This document shows, piece after piece, positions 17,493-28,485 of a stretch of 64,000 bases of DNA (its first letter is position 1; each line of letters starts with the position of its first letter). The position numbers and the translations under genes were made by a program. Origin of the DNA: a plasmid; sequence record CP113993.1, one strand, 5' to 3'. The notes below the pieces were generated by a model. The model saw only the letters and a program-made list of their open reading frames with translations, made no database searches and was not told the origin of the DNA.

Positions 17493-18767
17493 CTAACCCA
17501 GCCTGGCCAGGGGAATATCTCGCCATTTAGTTGTATAACACTGACTCAACATTTCCCGTTTCATTTGCCATTCAGGGGCGGTTCCTCGCCCCGCAAACCA
17601 CACTTTCCCTTTTCCAGACTGGTTCAGTTCATCGAGTGTTTTCATTAACTTTTCGCTGTTTTTACGGGGCTGGATCTCATCAAATAATCCCGGCTGCGCT
17701 ATACCCGATGGTGTGAAATCAGCCAGCATGACACCTGCCTTCATATAGCGGTACCCTTCACGCCAGACATGGTTTAAGGCTCTGCATGCGGCGGCAATAA
17801 TGTCCCGGCTGTCCTGTGTGGGCAATGGAAGCTTTTCCACAGCGGCATTGCTGTAACAGGGTTCTTTTACTGCAAAGGGTGATGTCCGTACAAATGTCGT
17901 CACCTGCCGGCAATACTGACGCTCCCCACGTAGTTTCTCTGCGGCCCGCTCTGCATACTGAACAACAGCCTGGTGCATGGCATCTTTGTCTGTGATTCGT
18001 TCACCAAAACTGCGACTACAGACAATCTGCTGTTTTGCCGGTGGTGCTTCTTCCAGGGATATGCAGGACTCGCCGTTGAGTTCGCGTACCGTACGCTCAA
18101 GAATGACGCTGAAGTTTTTCCGGATGAATGCCGTGTTAGCCTGCGCCAGCTGCAGTGCTGTGTTAATACCCAGTGCATTCAGCTTTTCCGTCAGTCTGCG
18201 TCCTACTCCCCAGACCTCACCAACTGGCTGCAGCCCCAGTAGCTTCAAGATCCGATTACGGTTTTCTGCCGTCAGCGCGACCACACCGGAAAACTGTGGC
18301 CATTGCTTTGTTGCCCACTGTGCACTTTTTGCCAGCGTTTTTGTAGGCGCAATGCCCACCCCCATGGTGAGTCCTGTCCAGCTCTTTACCTGTTCCCTGA
18401 GCTGATGACCAAAAAACTCCGGAGAGATGCAATGATTTATCCCCCGCAAATCAATGAACATTTCATCAATTGAGTAGGGCTCAACTGCGGGAGAAAGCGA
18501 CTCCAGAACAGCCATAACCCGTTGGCTCATGCTGTGGTACAGCGCATAATTGCTGGAAAATACATGTATTTTCTTCTCCAGGCGCATCTGTCTCACCTGA
18601 AACCAGGGCTGCCCCATTCTGATGCCAAGGGCTTTTGCCTCCGGGCTGCGCGCGATCACACAGCCATCGTTATTGCTGAGTACGATGACCGGTTCGTTGC
18701 GAAGGTCCGGGCGGAAAACTTTTTCACATGAGGCGTAGAAACTGTTGATATCAGCCAGTGCAAACAT
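17493..18767 (-). CDS. impB: Error-prone translesion polymerase subunit ImpB (UmuC/MucB family, Pol V-like)
   Basis: MFALADINSFYASCE is a Y-family polymerase N-terminus, and the protein is 424 aa. Confidence 0.9.
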   Translation of the reverse strand: MFALADINSFYASCEKVFRPDLRNEPVIVLSNNDGCVIARSPEAKALGIRMGQPWFQVRQMRLEKKIHVFSSNYALYHSMSQRVMAVLESLSPAVEPYSIDEMFIDLRGINHCISPEFFGHQLREQVKSWTGLTMGVGIAPTKTLAKSAQWATKQWPQFSGVVALTAENRNRILKLLGLQPVGEVWGVGRRLTEKLNALGINTALQLAQANTAFIRKNFSVILERTVRELNGESCISLEEAPPAKQQIVCSRSFGERITDKDAMHQAVVQYAERAAEKLRGERQYCRQVTTFVRTSPFAVKEPCYSNAAVEKLPLPTQDSRDIIAAACRALNHVWREGYRYMKAGVMLADFTPSGIAQPGLFDEIQPRKNSEKLMKTLDELNQSGKGKVWFAGRGTAPEWQMKREMLSQCYTTKWRDIPLARLG

Positions 18768-19204
18768 CAGCGTAACTCCCGCGTCCTGTGTATCACGTGA
18801 GTGACAACACCAAAAATACAGATGTTTTCCGGATACAGTGTGCGGAACTCCGGGCTGTCTGAAACCGGCTCCAGTGCCGGGCGTGGGCGCAACAGCAGTC
18901 GTTTGACGGTGAACTCACCGTCGATCTCAGCGATAACGATGTCCCCGTGTTGTGGTTTTTCGGCCCTGTCCACTACCAGCAGATCACCATTCTGCACGCC
19001 AGCCTGGTTCATCGATTCACCGCTGGCGCGCAGAAAGAAGGTGGCTGCAGGTCTGCTGATGCAATAGCTGTTCAGATCCAGTTCCTGCTCAGCATAATCA
19101 GTGGCAGGCGAAGGAAAACCGGCCTGGCAACGATCGGCAAACAACGGTCGCACGTAACTGTCATCGCCTGAAGGGTCAGCCGGACGGTGATAAACGGTAC
19201 TCAT
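18767..19204 (-). CDS. impA: ImpA (UmuD/MucA-like, LexA-type self-cleaving S24 peptidase)
   Basis: The Ser-Lys dyad context is GESMNQAGVQNGDLLVVDR...V.R, and the gene is overlap-coupled to impB. Confidence 0.9.
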   Translation of the reverse strand: MSTVYHRPADPSGDDSYVRPLFADRCQAGFPSPATDYAEQELDLNSYCISRPAATFFLRASGESMNQAGVQNGDLLVVDRAEKPQHGDIVIAEIDGEFTVKRLLLRPRPALEPVSDSPEFRTLYPENICIFGVVTHVIHRTRELR

Positions 19205-19449
19205 GCTGCAGGCAGCCAGCTGTCGTCCTGCCAGATTTCTTCCAGCAGAGACAGGATACGTTCTTTATCCTTGTCGTTGCGGGCTCCTGTGACAGATACA
19301 GACGGGGCGCTGCCCTGGTCTATACGCAGCCAGATTTCCGGGTAGTGTGGTTTCAGACGTTGTTCGATTTCATTCTGTAGCGCCTGAAGTGTGCCTGATT
19401 TGAGGTTTTTTGTGCTCTGGCGGTCGAAAAGAATTTCAATGCGGATCAT
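19201..19449 (-). CDS. impC: ImpC (small first gene of the impCAB operon)
   Basis: The 82-aa product from MIRIEILFDRQ is overlap-coupled to impA. Confidence 0.75.
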   Translation of the reverse strand: MIRIEILFDRQSTKNLKSGTLQALQNEIEQRLKPHYPEIWLRIDQGSAPSVSVTGARNDKDKERILSLLEEIWQDDSWLPAA

Positions 19450-19462
19450 GTTCTCATCTCCC

Positions 19463-19478
19463 TTTTCTTTTGCTGTAT
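19463..19478. promoter_or_regulatory. LexA (SOS) box CTGTATGTATATACAG upstream of impC
   Basis: A perfect CTGT-N8-ACAG palindrome lies 14 bp upstream of the impC start. Confidence 0.75.
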
Positions 19479-19842
19479 GTATATACAGTATTCTAATAAC
19501 TGAATCCACACACAGTCAAATGTCATTATTGTGACTAAAAAACGCTCAATTCTCTGAGGGTGTGGCTGTATGCCTGCTGTGGACTGCTGTGTCCAGCTTA
19601 TCCACAGCATTTTGCGCACGGTTCTGTGAATAAAATACCTGGTTACCCAGGCCGTGCCGGCACGTTAACCGGGCTGCATCCGATGCAAGTGTGTCGCTGT
19701 CGCCGGCCTCCTCACCCGGTCACGTTTCGTCGTTCCTCCTCCACGCGCTGCGGCTTCGGGGCCGCACCTGCATTCGTATGCGGTCGCCCGGTTACAGGTG
19801 CGGCACGGCCTGATGGAGGCCGCATGTGAGAGGAGAATTCCC

Positions 19843-20769
19843 ATGCCAAACTGGTGCTCGAATCGTATGTATTTTTCTGGTGAACCAGCACAGATCGCTG
19901 AGATTAAACGACTGGCCAGCGGTGCAGTCACACCGCTTTATCGCCGCGCCACAGATGAAGGTATTCAGCTGTTTCTGGCCGGTAGTGCCGGACTTCTGCA
20001 GACCACTGAAGATGTGCGGTTTGAACCGTGCCCCGGACTGACGGCTGCCGGACGTGGTGTTGTATCGCCGGAGAATATCGCGTTCACCCGCTGGCTGACA
20101 CACCTGCAGAACGGTGTGCTACTGGATGAACAAAACTGCCTGATGCTGCATGAACTCTGGCTGCAGAGTGGTACTGGCCAGCGTCGCTGGGAAGGATTAC
20201 CGGATGAGGTCAGGGAAACCATCACCGTGCATTTCACCGCCAAAAGAGGTGACTGGTGTGGCTTCTGGAGTAACGAGGATGTATCGGTGTGGTGGAACCG
20301 TCTGTGTGACAATGTACTGCCGGAAAAAACCATGCCGTTTGACCTGCTGACGGTTCTGCCCACCCGCCTGGATGTTGAAGTGAATGGCTTTAACGGTGGT
20401 GTTCTGAACGGTGTTCCTTCTGCGTATCACTGGTATACGGAACAGTATGGCGTGAAGTGGCCTGTGGGGTATGAGGTGAATATCAGCAGTCAGGGAGACA
20501 ACTTCATTCAGGTTGATTTCGACACGCCGTGGTGTCAGCCGGAAAGCGACGTTATTGCAGAATTAAGCCGCCGTTTCAGTTGCACACTGGAGCACTGGTA
20601 TGCCGAGCAGGGCTGCAATTTCTGTGGCTGGCAGCGATATGAGCGTGGAGAGCTTGTTGATGTCCTGTGGGGGGAACTGGAATGGTCTTCCCCGACAGAT
20701 GACGATGAGCTGCCGGAAGTCACCGGACCTGCGTGGATTGTCGACAAGGTGGCGCATTACGGTGGATGA
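19843..20769 (+). CDS. Hypothetical leading-region protein (308 aa, MPNWCSNRMYFSGEP...)
   Basis: The ORF has a strong GAGGAG RBS and sits in the plasmid leading-region gene neighbourhood. Confidence 0.5.
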   Translation: MPNWCSNRMYFSGEPAQIAEIKRLASGAVTPLYRRATDEGIQLFLAGSAGLLQTTEDVRFEPCPGLTAAGRGVVSPENIAFTRWLTHLQNGVLLDEQNCLMLHELWLQSGTGQRRWEGLPDEVRETITVHFTAKRGDWCGFWSNEDVSVWWNRLCDNVLPEKTMPFDLLTVLPTRLDVEVNGFNGGVLNGVPSAYHWYTEQYGVKWPVGYEVNISSQGDNFIQVDFDTPWCQPESDVIAELSRRFSCTLEHWYAEQGCNFCGWQRYERGELVDVLWGELEWSSPTDDDELPEVTGPAWIVDKVAHYGG

Positions 20770-21152
20770 ATTCTGACGGAGACGGGCGGGCAACCGCCCG
20801 TTTCTTTTCCGACAAAGGATGTCGCCGTGCTCCTCTTTTTACTGCGCCGGCTGACGCGGCGCGGCATAAACGCTGCCTGTGGTCAGTGTCCCGCGTCCGG
20901 CGGGCACGGGACGGGCGCTTTTACCGCTCCCGGCTGGCACCGGTGACAGTGTACGCCAGCCCGTCGCCCTTTTCTGATGAACGCCCTTCAAGCCGCTTTC
21001 GCGGCATAGCCTTGCCGTCAAAAAGACGACGGCTGCGGTATTCCACGGTCGGCCTGACCCGTTACCGGACGCGGTGAACAGCCCACAGGCAGCGGGGAAC
21101 GGGCACCACAGGGGTGCCCTCCCGGTGCCCTCTGTAAGAGAAGGAGGCTTTT

Positions 21153-21836
21153 ATGTCCCGTTTTATCCTGGGTGACTGCGTGCGAGTTATGGCCACGTTT
21201 CCGGACAATGCTGTCGATTTCATCCTCACCGACCCGCCGTATCTCGTCGGTTTCCGTGACCGTTCCGGGCGCACCATTGCTGGCGATAAAACCGACGAAT
21301 GGCTGCAACCGGCCTGTAATGAGATGTACCGCGTGCTGAAAAAAGACGCGCTGATGGTGAGCTTCTATGGCTGGAACCGCGTCGATCGCTTTATGTCTGC
21401 CTGGAAAAATGCGGGATTCAGCGTTGTTGGTCACCTGGTCTTCACCAAAAACTACACATCGAAGGCCGCATATGTGGGCTATCGCCACGAATGCGCCTAC
21501 ATCCTGGCAAAAGGCCGTCCACGTCTGCCACAAAACCCGCTGCCGGACGTGCTGGGCTGGAAATATTCAGGCAATCGTCATCACCCGACGGAAAAGCCTG
21601 TTACCAGCCTGCAACCGCTGATTGAGAGCTTCACACACCCGAACGCAATTGTGCTGGACCCGTTTGCAGGCAGCGGCTCAACCTGCGTTGCCGCCCTCCA
21701 GTCCGGACGCCGGTATATCGGTATCGAGCTGCTTGAGCAGTATCACCGTGCCGGACAGCAACGACTGGCTGCCGTACAACGGGCCATGCAGCAGGGGGCC
21801 GCGAATGATGACTGGTTTATGCCGGAGGCTGCGTAA
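21153..21836 (+). CDS. Orphan N6-adenine DNA methyltransferase (DPPY motif)
   Basis: It carries ILTDPPY and FAGSGST (AdoMet-binding) motifs. A GGAGG RBS precedes it, and no adjacent restriction gene is present. Confidence 0.85.
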   Translation: MSRFILGDCVRVMATFPDNAVDFILTDPPYLVGFRDRSGRTIAGDKTDEWLQPACNEMYRVLKKDALMVSFYGWNRVDRFMSAWKNAGFSVVGHLVFTKNYTSKAAYVGYRHECAYILAKGRPRLPQNPLPDVLGWKYSGNRHHPTEKPVTSLQPLIESFTHPNAIVLDPFAGSGSTCVAALQSGRRYIGIELLEQYHRAGQQRLAAVQRAMQQGAANDDWFMPEAA

Positions 21837-22058
21837 ATGAACTATGCCGGACACGAAAAACTTCGCGCCGAAGTGGCGGAGGTGGCCAATGCCATGTGCG
21901 ACCTGCGTACAACCATGAATGAGATGGAGCGGCGGTACAGCTTTAATGCTGACACCCTGCCGGAACGTCTGGTGCGTCAGACGTTGTTTCGCGCAAACCG
22001 CCTCCTGATGGAGGCATATACCGAAATTCTTGAACTGGATGCGTGCTTCAAAGATTAA
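21837..22058 (+). CDS. Hypothetical small protein, start overlapping the MTase stop (TAAATG)
   Basis: Translational coupling to the MTase gene. Confidence 0.4.
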   Translation: MNYAGHEKLRAEVAEVANAMCDLRTTMNEMERRYSFNADTLPERLVRQTLFRANRLLMEAYTEILELDACFKD

Positions 22059-22070
22059 GGAGGAGACGAA

Positions 22071-22505
22071 ATGTACGGAACATGCGAAACGCTCTGCCGT
22101 GAGCTGGCAGCAAAGTATCCGGGAAACACGCCGCTGATGCTGCTTATCTGGTCCCCGGAAGAGATTCAGGCACTGGCCGACGGTATGGAAATTTCTCTGA
22201 CCGATCATGAAATCAGGACTGTCCTGGCGCACCTGGAGGACATCCCGGAAGACCAGCGGATTGAGTCCGGTATTTCTTCCGCCGCTGCGATGGAGATTAT
22301 CAGCAACGTGAGCGAAAACCGCCTGGTGACCGTCTCTGCTGAACTGCTGGCGTCCCTGATTCAGACCGCTGAACAGGCACTGTGGAAACGTGAATGGGCC
22401 GCCCGTGATAACGGCCTTGCCGTCCCGGAATGTGTTACCCGCCGTCAGGCAGTGATTAATCAGGCCCGCACCCTGCTGAAAAACAACACACACGAAAACA
22501 ACTGA
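22071..22505 (+). CDS. Hypothetical leading-region protein (144 aa)
   Basis: AAGGAGGAG RBS. Confidence 0.45.
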   Translation: MYGTCETLCRELAAKYPGNTPLMLLIWSPEEIQALADGMEISLTDHEIRTVLAHLEDIPEDQRIESGISSAAAMEIISNVSENRLVTVSAELLASLIQTAEQALWKREWAARDNGLAVPECVTRRQAVINQARTLLKNNTHENN

Positions 22506-22555
22506 TGTTATCGCCGCCTGCCCTGCGGGCGGCGATACAGGGAGAACGCTTAATC

Positions 22556-23326
22556 ATGAACAAAACGCTGAATGCACTGGTTTGTCGTCACGCCCGTAAC
22601 CTGCTGCTGGCGCAGGGCTGGCCGGAAGAGACGGATGTTGACCAGCGAAATCCGAACCATCCGGGCTGGATCAGCATTTACGTGCGGCTGGATGCGCCCC
22701 GGCTGGCGACGTTACTTATCAACCGTCACGGCGGCGTACTGCCGCCGCACCTGGCCTCCGCCATTCAGAGACTGACCGGAACCGGGGCGGAACTGGTACT
22801 GTCCGGCAGTCAGTGGCAATCGCTGCCGGTACTTCCGGCAGACGGAACGCAGGTGTCTTTCCCGTATGCCGGAGAATGGCTGACCGAAGACGAAATCAGG
22901 GCTGTTCTTGATGCGGTGCACGATGCGGTACGAAGCATCTGTTACCAGGTGGCAGAAGATGCGCGGCGTATCCGTGCGGCGCTGACCACCACCGGTCAGA
23001 CGTTGCTGACCCGCCAGACGCGCCGCTTTCGCCTGGTCGTGAAGGAAAGCGATCACCCCTGCTGGCTCGATGAAGATGACGAAAACCTGCCCGTGGTGCT
23101 CGATGCCATCGTGAACCGGGGAGCACGTTTTTCGTCGGTGGAAATGTACCTGGTCAGCGATTGTATTGAGCATATCCTGTCCAGTGGGCTGGCCTGCGAT
23201 GTGCTGCGTATACCTGATGAAACGCCCCGCCGCTGGTTTGACCGTGGTGTTCTGCGGGAGGTGGTCCGGGAAGCCCGGACCGAAATCCGCAGCATGGCGG
23301 ATGCCCTGGCAAAAATCCGGAAATGA
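22556..23326 (+). CDS. Hypothetical leading-region protein (about 256 aa from MNKTLNAL)
   Basis: The ORF lies in the same orientation and the RBS is GGGAGAA. Confidence 0.4.
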   Translation: MNKTLNALVCRHARNLLLAQGWPEETDVDQRNPNHPGWISIYVRLDAPRLATLLINRHGGVLPPHLASAIQRLTGTGAELVLSGSQWQSLPVLPADGTQVSFPYAGEWLTEDEIRAVLDAVHDAVRSICYQVAEDARRIRAALTTTGQTLLTRQTRRFRLVVKESDHPCWLDEDDENLPVVLDAIVNRGARFSSVEMYLVSDCIEHILSSGLACDVLRIPDETPRRWFDRGVLREVVREARTEIRSMADALAKIRK

Positions 23327-23384
23327 TGACACTGGCGGGGTAAATCCCCGCCTTTTTCCTGCCGGTCCCCGGACAGAGCACAAA

Positions 23385-23738
23385 GGAAGTCGCCGCCGGC
23401 TCCGCTTTACCCGGCCATGCAGGGCATGGCCTTGTGGTTTTTCAGTTATGTGGCCTCAGCGTCGTGTGCGGGCTGTGCCGTGCCTCCATCTTAGCCGGGC
23501 TGGCAGGGATGCAAGGGTACGCTTCGCCGCTGCGGTCACCCGGTCCCTCCTTCCCGTCTGCCGTGATTTTCCGGTCGTTCACCCGCTCAGATTTCGCGGT
23601 CTCACCCTCCAACTCCCGCCAGCCGTGTGCGTCAGGCTGCGGCTTCCCCTTGCGCCCTGTGCATCCCCGCCTTATCGCCCGGCTTTTATGGAGGCACGGC
23701 ACCGCCCGGTGTCGCGGAATATGTGAACAACGGAGGAA
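23385..23738 (+). repeat. Frpo/ssi-type single-strand promoter repeat, family 1 (copy A), upstream of ardB
   Basis: This roughly 350-bp GC-rich element has extensive dyad symmetry and is about 95% identical to 32890-33243. Confidence 0.6.
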
Positions 23739-23744
23739 AACATC

Positions 23745-24170
23745 ATGCAATATGCGAAACCTGTCACTCTGAACGTTGAAGAGTGCGACCGTTTGTCTTT
23801 TCTGCCTTACCTGTTTGGCCAAGATTTTCTGTATGCCGAAGCGTCTGTATACGCGCTGGCGAAACAAATGATGCCGGAATATGAAGGCGGATTCTGGCAC
23901 TTCATCCGCCTGCCGGACGGTGGCGGTTACATGATGCCGGATGGCGACCGTTTCCACATGGTGAACGGTGCAAACTGGTTTGACCGTACCGTGAGTGCTG
24001 ATGCCGCAGGTGTCATTCTGACCTCTCTTGTGATTAACCGCCAGTTGTGGCTGTACCACGACAGCGGGGATGCAGGACTGACCCAGCTTTACCGGATGCG
24101 CGATGCGCAGTTGTGGCGTCACATCGAATTTCACCCCGAATGCAACGCGATTTACGCAGCACTGGACTGA
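23745..24170 (+). CDS. ardB: ArdB/KlcA-family anti-restriction protein
   Basis: Similarity to KlcA/ArdB includes [35 protein letters not shown] and a C-terminal AIYAALD. Confidence 0.8.
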   Translation: MQYAKPVTLNVEECDRLSFLPYLFGQDFLYAEASVYALAKQMMPEYEGGFWHFIRLPDGGGYMMPDGDRFHMVNGANWFDRTVSADAAGVILTSLVINRQLWLYHDSGDAGLTQLYRMRDAQLWRHIEFHPECNAIYAALD

Positions 24171-24216
24171 TTAACGGACGGGGCGGCAATGCCGCCCCTG
24201 TAAAGGAGACGAGAAC

Positions 24217-24639
24217 ATGTACTGTACTGTTAAAGAAATTATCCGCGAAGTGCTGAACACAGACGTGCCGGACAGTGAATGCGTTTTTGCCGTGGTGCTG
24301 ACCCGTGGGGATGTGCGTCACATAGCCCAGGACTGGAGTCTGACAGACGATGAGCTGGAAACCGTCATGCAGCGACTGGACGATGCCTTTGCGCATGGTG
24401 CGGATGTCAGCATTGTTCACGACGTTGTTCGTGAGCTGATGGAAGAAAAGCGCGCCAGCCGTCAGGTGACAGTTCCGGCGGTGATGCTGGAAAAAGTGAT
24501 GGCGCTGGCAGGCAGTGAAATGAAGCGCCTGTATGCCGTCGGGAGTGAGAACGGGGGCGACGGTGATGCGTTCGTCAGGGAGGAACGCGAAGCAATGAAC
24601 GTTGTGTTACAGGCGCTGGACGGGGAGCACATGTCATGA
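24217..24639 (+). CDS. Hypothetical acidic protein (140 aa)
   Basis: AAAGGAG RBS. Confidence 0.45.
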   Translation: MYCTVKEIIREVLNTDVPDSECVFAVVLTRGDVRHIAQDWSLTDDELETVMQRLDDAFAHGADVSIVHDVVRELMEEKRASRQVTVPAVMLEKVMALAGSEMKRLYAVGSENGGDGDAFVREEREAMNVVLQALDGEHMS

Positions 24640-24827
24640 ATATCAGCACAGAAACCCGCGAAATTCTGCGCAATTACAAAGCCGTGATTAATGCGCGGCG
24701 TCGTGAAATGGGGCAGAAACCGCTCACCACTGCGCAGATTGTTGATGAAATCTGCGATTTTGTGGTGAATCAGCAGGCGGTTTTCCTCGGTGGTCACTAT
24801 ATCCTTCAGGGCAGCAGAAACAGGTGA
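24636..24827 (+). CDS. Hypothetical small protein (63 aa), overlap-coupled
   Basis: ATGA overlap with the upstream gene. Confidence 0.35.
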   Translation: MNISTETREILRNYKAVINARRREMGQKPLTTAQIVDEICDFVVNQQAVFLGGHYILQGSRNR

Positions 24828-24844
24828 TACAGGGCAGGCGGTGG

Positions 24845-25590
24845 AGGCCGCCTGTCAGCCCGCGCGAAAACCCCTGGCAGGCTGACGCCTGCCGGAAATG
24901 CGGGGTGCAGCGCCTGCGGCGCTGCCGGCCCGGCTTTCCGGTCAGAAGGTAGTGTATGGCTGTATGCCAGGAACAGGTGTGATATTCCGTGACACTGTCA
25001 CCGTTTCTGGCTGTCTTTTATTGCGCCCACTTCGGCTCCCGGCTGCCTGGCGGCATCCGGTCGTCAGGCCCGACTCCGACAGGCAGCTGCTGGCGCACCC
25101 GCCAGTCTCCGCCGAACCCGCTGGCGCGGTTTCGGGCTGCCGCTACGGTCCGATGCGTGAAAACCCGGCTTGCAGCGACCGTTCCGGTCGCGCCGCCCCT
25201 GTCGCGCCGTGACCTGCGCTCCCTGCACACCTGACGGTGTGTGAGGAAACTGCGCCTGATGGCGCAGCAGTCTTCCCTCCTGCCGCCACCCCTGCGGCCT
25301 GTTTCCCGCTGTGGACTTTCCGGGGGGCAGACGTAACCCCCTCCCGTTCCATCTGTCCAGGGTGAGATGCACCGGCCACAAAATTTTTAGCCATGAACCC
25401 GGCTAAAAATTTTGCGTCCGCCCCCGGACAGCTGTCCCGTGAGGCGGTAAACGGGCCCCCATCGGAAAGGTCCACTGCGGGGAGAAACCCCTGTGAAGTG
25501 GACGGCAGGAGGAGCTTTCGCTCCTCTGAAGGGGCACATGAACGTCCCGTCGCCGGTATCCGGTTTATCTCACATCTTTCAGTCAGGAGG
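24845..25590 (+). repeat. Frpo/ssi-type single-strand promoter repeat, family 2 (copy A), upstream of ssb
   Basis: The element is GC-rich with stem-loop potential. It shares long identical blocks with 33790-34475 and 36950-37330, including CCCCCGGACAGCTG...GTCCACTGCGGGGAGAAACCCC. Confidence 0.6.
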
Positions 25591-25595
25591 TTCTT

Positions 25596-26123
25596 ATGAG
25601 TGCACGTGGTATCAACAAGGTCATCCTCGTCGGGCGTCTGGGCAATGATCCGGAAGTCCGTTACATCCCCAACGGGGGCGCAGTGGCAAACCTGCAGGTG
25701 GCCACATCAGAAAGCTGGCGTGACAAACAGACGGGGGAGATGCGGGAGCAGACGGAATGGCACCGCGTGGTGCTGTTCGGCAAGCTCGCGGAAGTGGCAG
25801 GTGAATATCTGCGCAAGGGCGCGCAGGTCTACATCGAAGGTCAGCTTCGCACCCGTAGCTGGGAAGATAACGGTATCACCCGTTACGTCACTGAAATTCT
25901 TGTTAAGACCACGGGCACCGTGCAGATGCTGGGACGTGCACCACAGCAGAACGCTCAGGCGCAACCGAAGCCTCAGCAGAATGGGCAGCCACAGAGTGCT
26001 GACGCGACGAAAAAAGGTGGCGCGAAAACGAAAGGCCGTGGACGTAAGGCCGCGCAGCCCGAGCCTCAGCCGCAACCGCCGGAGGGGGAGGATTACGGGT
26101 TTTCAGACGATATCCCGTTCTGA
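25596..26123 (+). CDS. ssb: Plasmid single-stranded DNA-binding protein
   Basis: The N-terminus is a canonical SSB OB-fold ([48 protein letters not shown]), and the acidic tail ends DDIPF. Confidence 0.95.
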   Translation: MSARGINKVILVGRLGNDPEVRYIPNGGAVANLQVATSESWRDKQTGEMREQTEWHRVVLFGKLAEVAGEYLRKGAQVYIEGQLRTRSWEDNGITRYVTEILVKTTGTVQMLGRAPQQNAQAQPKPQQNGQPQSADATKKGGAKTKGRGRKAAQPEPQPQPPEGEDYGFSDDIPF

Positions 26124-26141
26124 CTGGCCTGACTGTGATAA

Positions 26142-26414
<273 letters not shown>

Positions 26415-26472
26415 GAGAGGTGCCGGACGCGCGAACGTCCGGCAGGACATAAGCAATTATAAGGGGATGATT

Positions 26473-28431
26473 ATGCCTGTAACGAAGTGTGAACCAGAAA
26501 CCACCCGTAAAGCAAGCCGTAAATCTGCAAAAACGCAGGAAACTGTCCTGTCTGCCCTGCTGGCGCAGACGGAGGAAGTGAGCGTGCCGCTGGCCTCACT
26601 GATTAAATCACCGCTGAATGTGCGCACGGTGCCGTATTCTGTGGAGTCCGTCAGCGAACTGGCTGAGTCCATTAAGGGCGTTGGCCTGTTGCAGAATCTG
26701 GTCGTGCATACCCTGCCTGGTGACCGTTACGGTGTCGCCGCAGGTGGTCGCCGACTGGCTGCACTCAACATGCTGGCAGAGCGTGGCATCCTTACGGCTG
26801 ACTGGCCTGTACGCGTGAAGGTTATTCCGCAGGAACTGGCGACTGCCGCATCAATGACTGAAAACGGTCATCGTCGGGATATGCACCCTGCCGAACAGAT
26901 TGCCGGATTCCGCGCAATGGCGCAGGAAGGCAAAACACCTGCGCAGACTGGCGACCTGCTGGGCTATTCACCCCGCCACGTCCAGCGAATGCTGAAACTG
27001 GCAGACCTTGCACCCGTCATCCTTGATGCGCTGGCAGAAGACCGCATCACCACCGAACACTGTCAGGCGCTGGCGCTGGAGAACGACACCGCGCGTCAGG
27101 TGCAGGTGTTTGAAGCCGCCTGCCAGTCAGGATGGGGCGGTAAACCGGATGTGCGGGTTATCCGCAACCTGATTACCGAAAGTGAAGTGGCGGTGGCTGG
27201 GAACAGTAAATTCCGCTTCGTGGGGGCTGATGCCTTCTCGCCAGACGAACTGCGCACCGATTTGTTCAGCGACGACGAGGGTGGCTATGTGGACTGCGTG
27301 GCGCTCGATGCCGCCCTGCTGGAAAAACTCCAGGCTGTCGCTGAACACCTTCGGGAAGCCGAAGGCTGGGAATGGTGCGCCGGGCGCATGGAGCCTGTCG
27401 GTGAGTGCCGTGAGGATGCCGGAACATACCGCTGTCTGCCGGAGCCGGAAGCGGTGCTGACGGAGGCGGAAGACGAACGCCTGAACGAACTGATGACGCG
27501 TTACGACGCGCTGGAAAATCAGTGTGAGGAATCCGACCTGCTGGAAGCAGAAATGAAGCTGATGCGCTGCATGGCGAAGGTCAGGGCGTGGACGCCGGAG
27601 ATACGTGCCGGAAGCGGTGTGGTGGTGTCCTGGCGTTATGGCAACGTATGTGTCCAGCGTGGTGTGCAGTTGCGCAGCGAGGATGACGCGGCTGACGACG
27701 CTGACCGTACGGAACAGGTGCAGGAGAAAGCGTCAGTGGAGGAAATAAGTCTGCCACTGCTGACGAAAATGTCTTCCGAACGCACGCTGGCAGTCCAGGC
27801 AGCACTGATGCAGCAACCGGACAAATCTCTGGCACTGCTGGCATGGACGCTCTGCCTGAATGTGTTTGGCAGCGGAGCTTACAGCAATCCCGCAAAAATC
27901 CGCCTGGAATGTGAGCATTATGCGCTGACCAGCGATGCGCCCTCGGGGAAGGAAGGTGCCGCATTCATGGCGATGATGGCAGAAAAAGCCCGTCTTGCAG
28001 CCCTGCTGCCGGATGGATGGGCACGGGACATGACGACGTTCCTGTCACTCAGTCAGGAGGTGCTGTTGTCCCTGCTCAGTTTCTGCACTGCGTGCAGCAT
28101 CCACGGTGTTCAGACCCGTGAGTATGGTCACACGTCACGCAGTCCGCTGGATTCGCTGGAAAGCGCCATCGGCTTTCACATGCGCGACTGGTGGCAGCCG
28201 ACAAAAGCAAACTTCTTCGGACACCTGAAAAAGCCGCAGATTATCGCAGCCCTGAATGAGGCAGGACTGTCCGGTGCTGCACGGGACGCGGAGAAGATGA
28301 AGAAAGGCGATGCGGCTGAACATGCAGAGTTCCACATGAAAGACAACCGCTGGGTTCCAGGCTGGATGTGTGCACCACATCCACAGACAGATGCCACTGA
28401 ACGCACCGATAACCTGGCTGATGCCGCCTGA
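26473..28431 (+). CDS. ParB-like nuclease domain protein of the leading region
   Basis: A ParB/Sulfiredoxin N-terminal domain (LIKSPLNVRTV...LLQNLVVH...GGRRLAAL) is followed by a long C-terminal extension. The AAGGGGA RBS precedes MPVTKCEP. Confidence 0.75.
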   Translation: MPVTKCEPETTRKASRKSAKTQETVLSALLAQTEEVSVPLASLIKSPLNVRTVPYSVESVSELAESIKGVGLLQNLVVHTLPGDRYGVAAGGRRLAALNMLAERGILTADWPVRVKVIPQELATAASMTENGHRRDMHPAEQIAGFRAMAQEGKTPAQTGDLLGYSPRHVQRMLKLADLAPVILDALAEDRITTEHCQALALENDTARQVQVFEAACQSGWGGKPDVRVIRNLITESEVAVAGNSKFRFVGADAFSPDELRTDLFSDDEGGYVDCVALDAALLEKLQAVAEHLREAEGWEWCAGRMEPVGECREDAGTYRCLPEPEAVLTEAEDERLNELMTRYDALENQCEESDLLEAEMKLMRCMAKVRAWTPEIRAGSGVVVSWRYGNVCVQRGVQLRSEDDAADDADRTEQVQEKASVEEISLPLLTKMSSERTLAVQAALMQQPDKSLALLAWTLCLNVFGSGAYSNPAKIRLECEHYALTSDAPSGKEGAAFMAMMAEKARLAALLPDGWARDMTTFLSLSQEVLLSLLSFCTACSIHGVQTREYGHTSRSPLDSLESAIGFHMRDWWQPTKANFFGHLKKPQIIAALNEAGLSGAARDAEKMKKGDAAEHAEFHMKDNRWVPGWMCAPHPQTDATERTDNLADAA

Positions 28432-28485
28432 TGAACAACCACACCGCCCCGCCGGAGACGGGGCGGCAGCAAGGGAGATACCGTG

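Noticed and set aside
17977-18405. ORFs antisense to impB (142 aa, 89 aa)
   Set aside because: They lie inside the well-supported impB gene on the opposite strand.
24898-25475. Several 70-110-aa ORFs inside the Frpo/ssi repeats (also 33891-34375 and 36814-37330)
   Set aside because: They lie within GC-rich structured repeats on both strands, and are Arg/Pro/Gly-rich with no RBS. The repeats are non-coding promoter elements.
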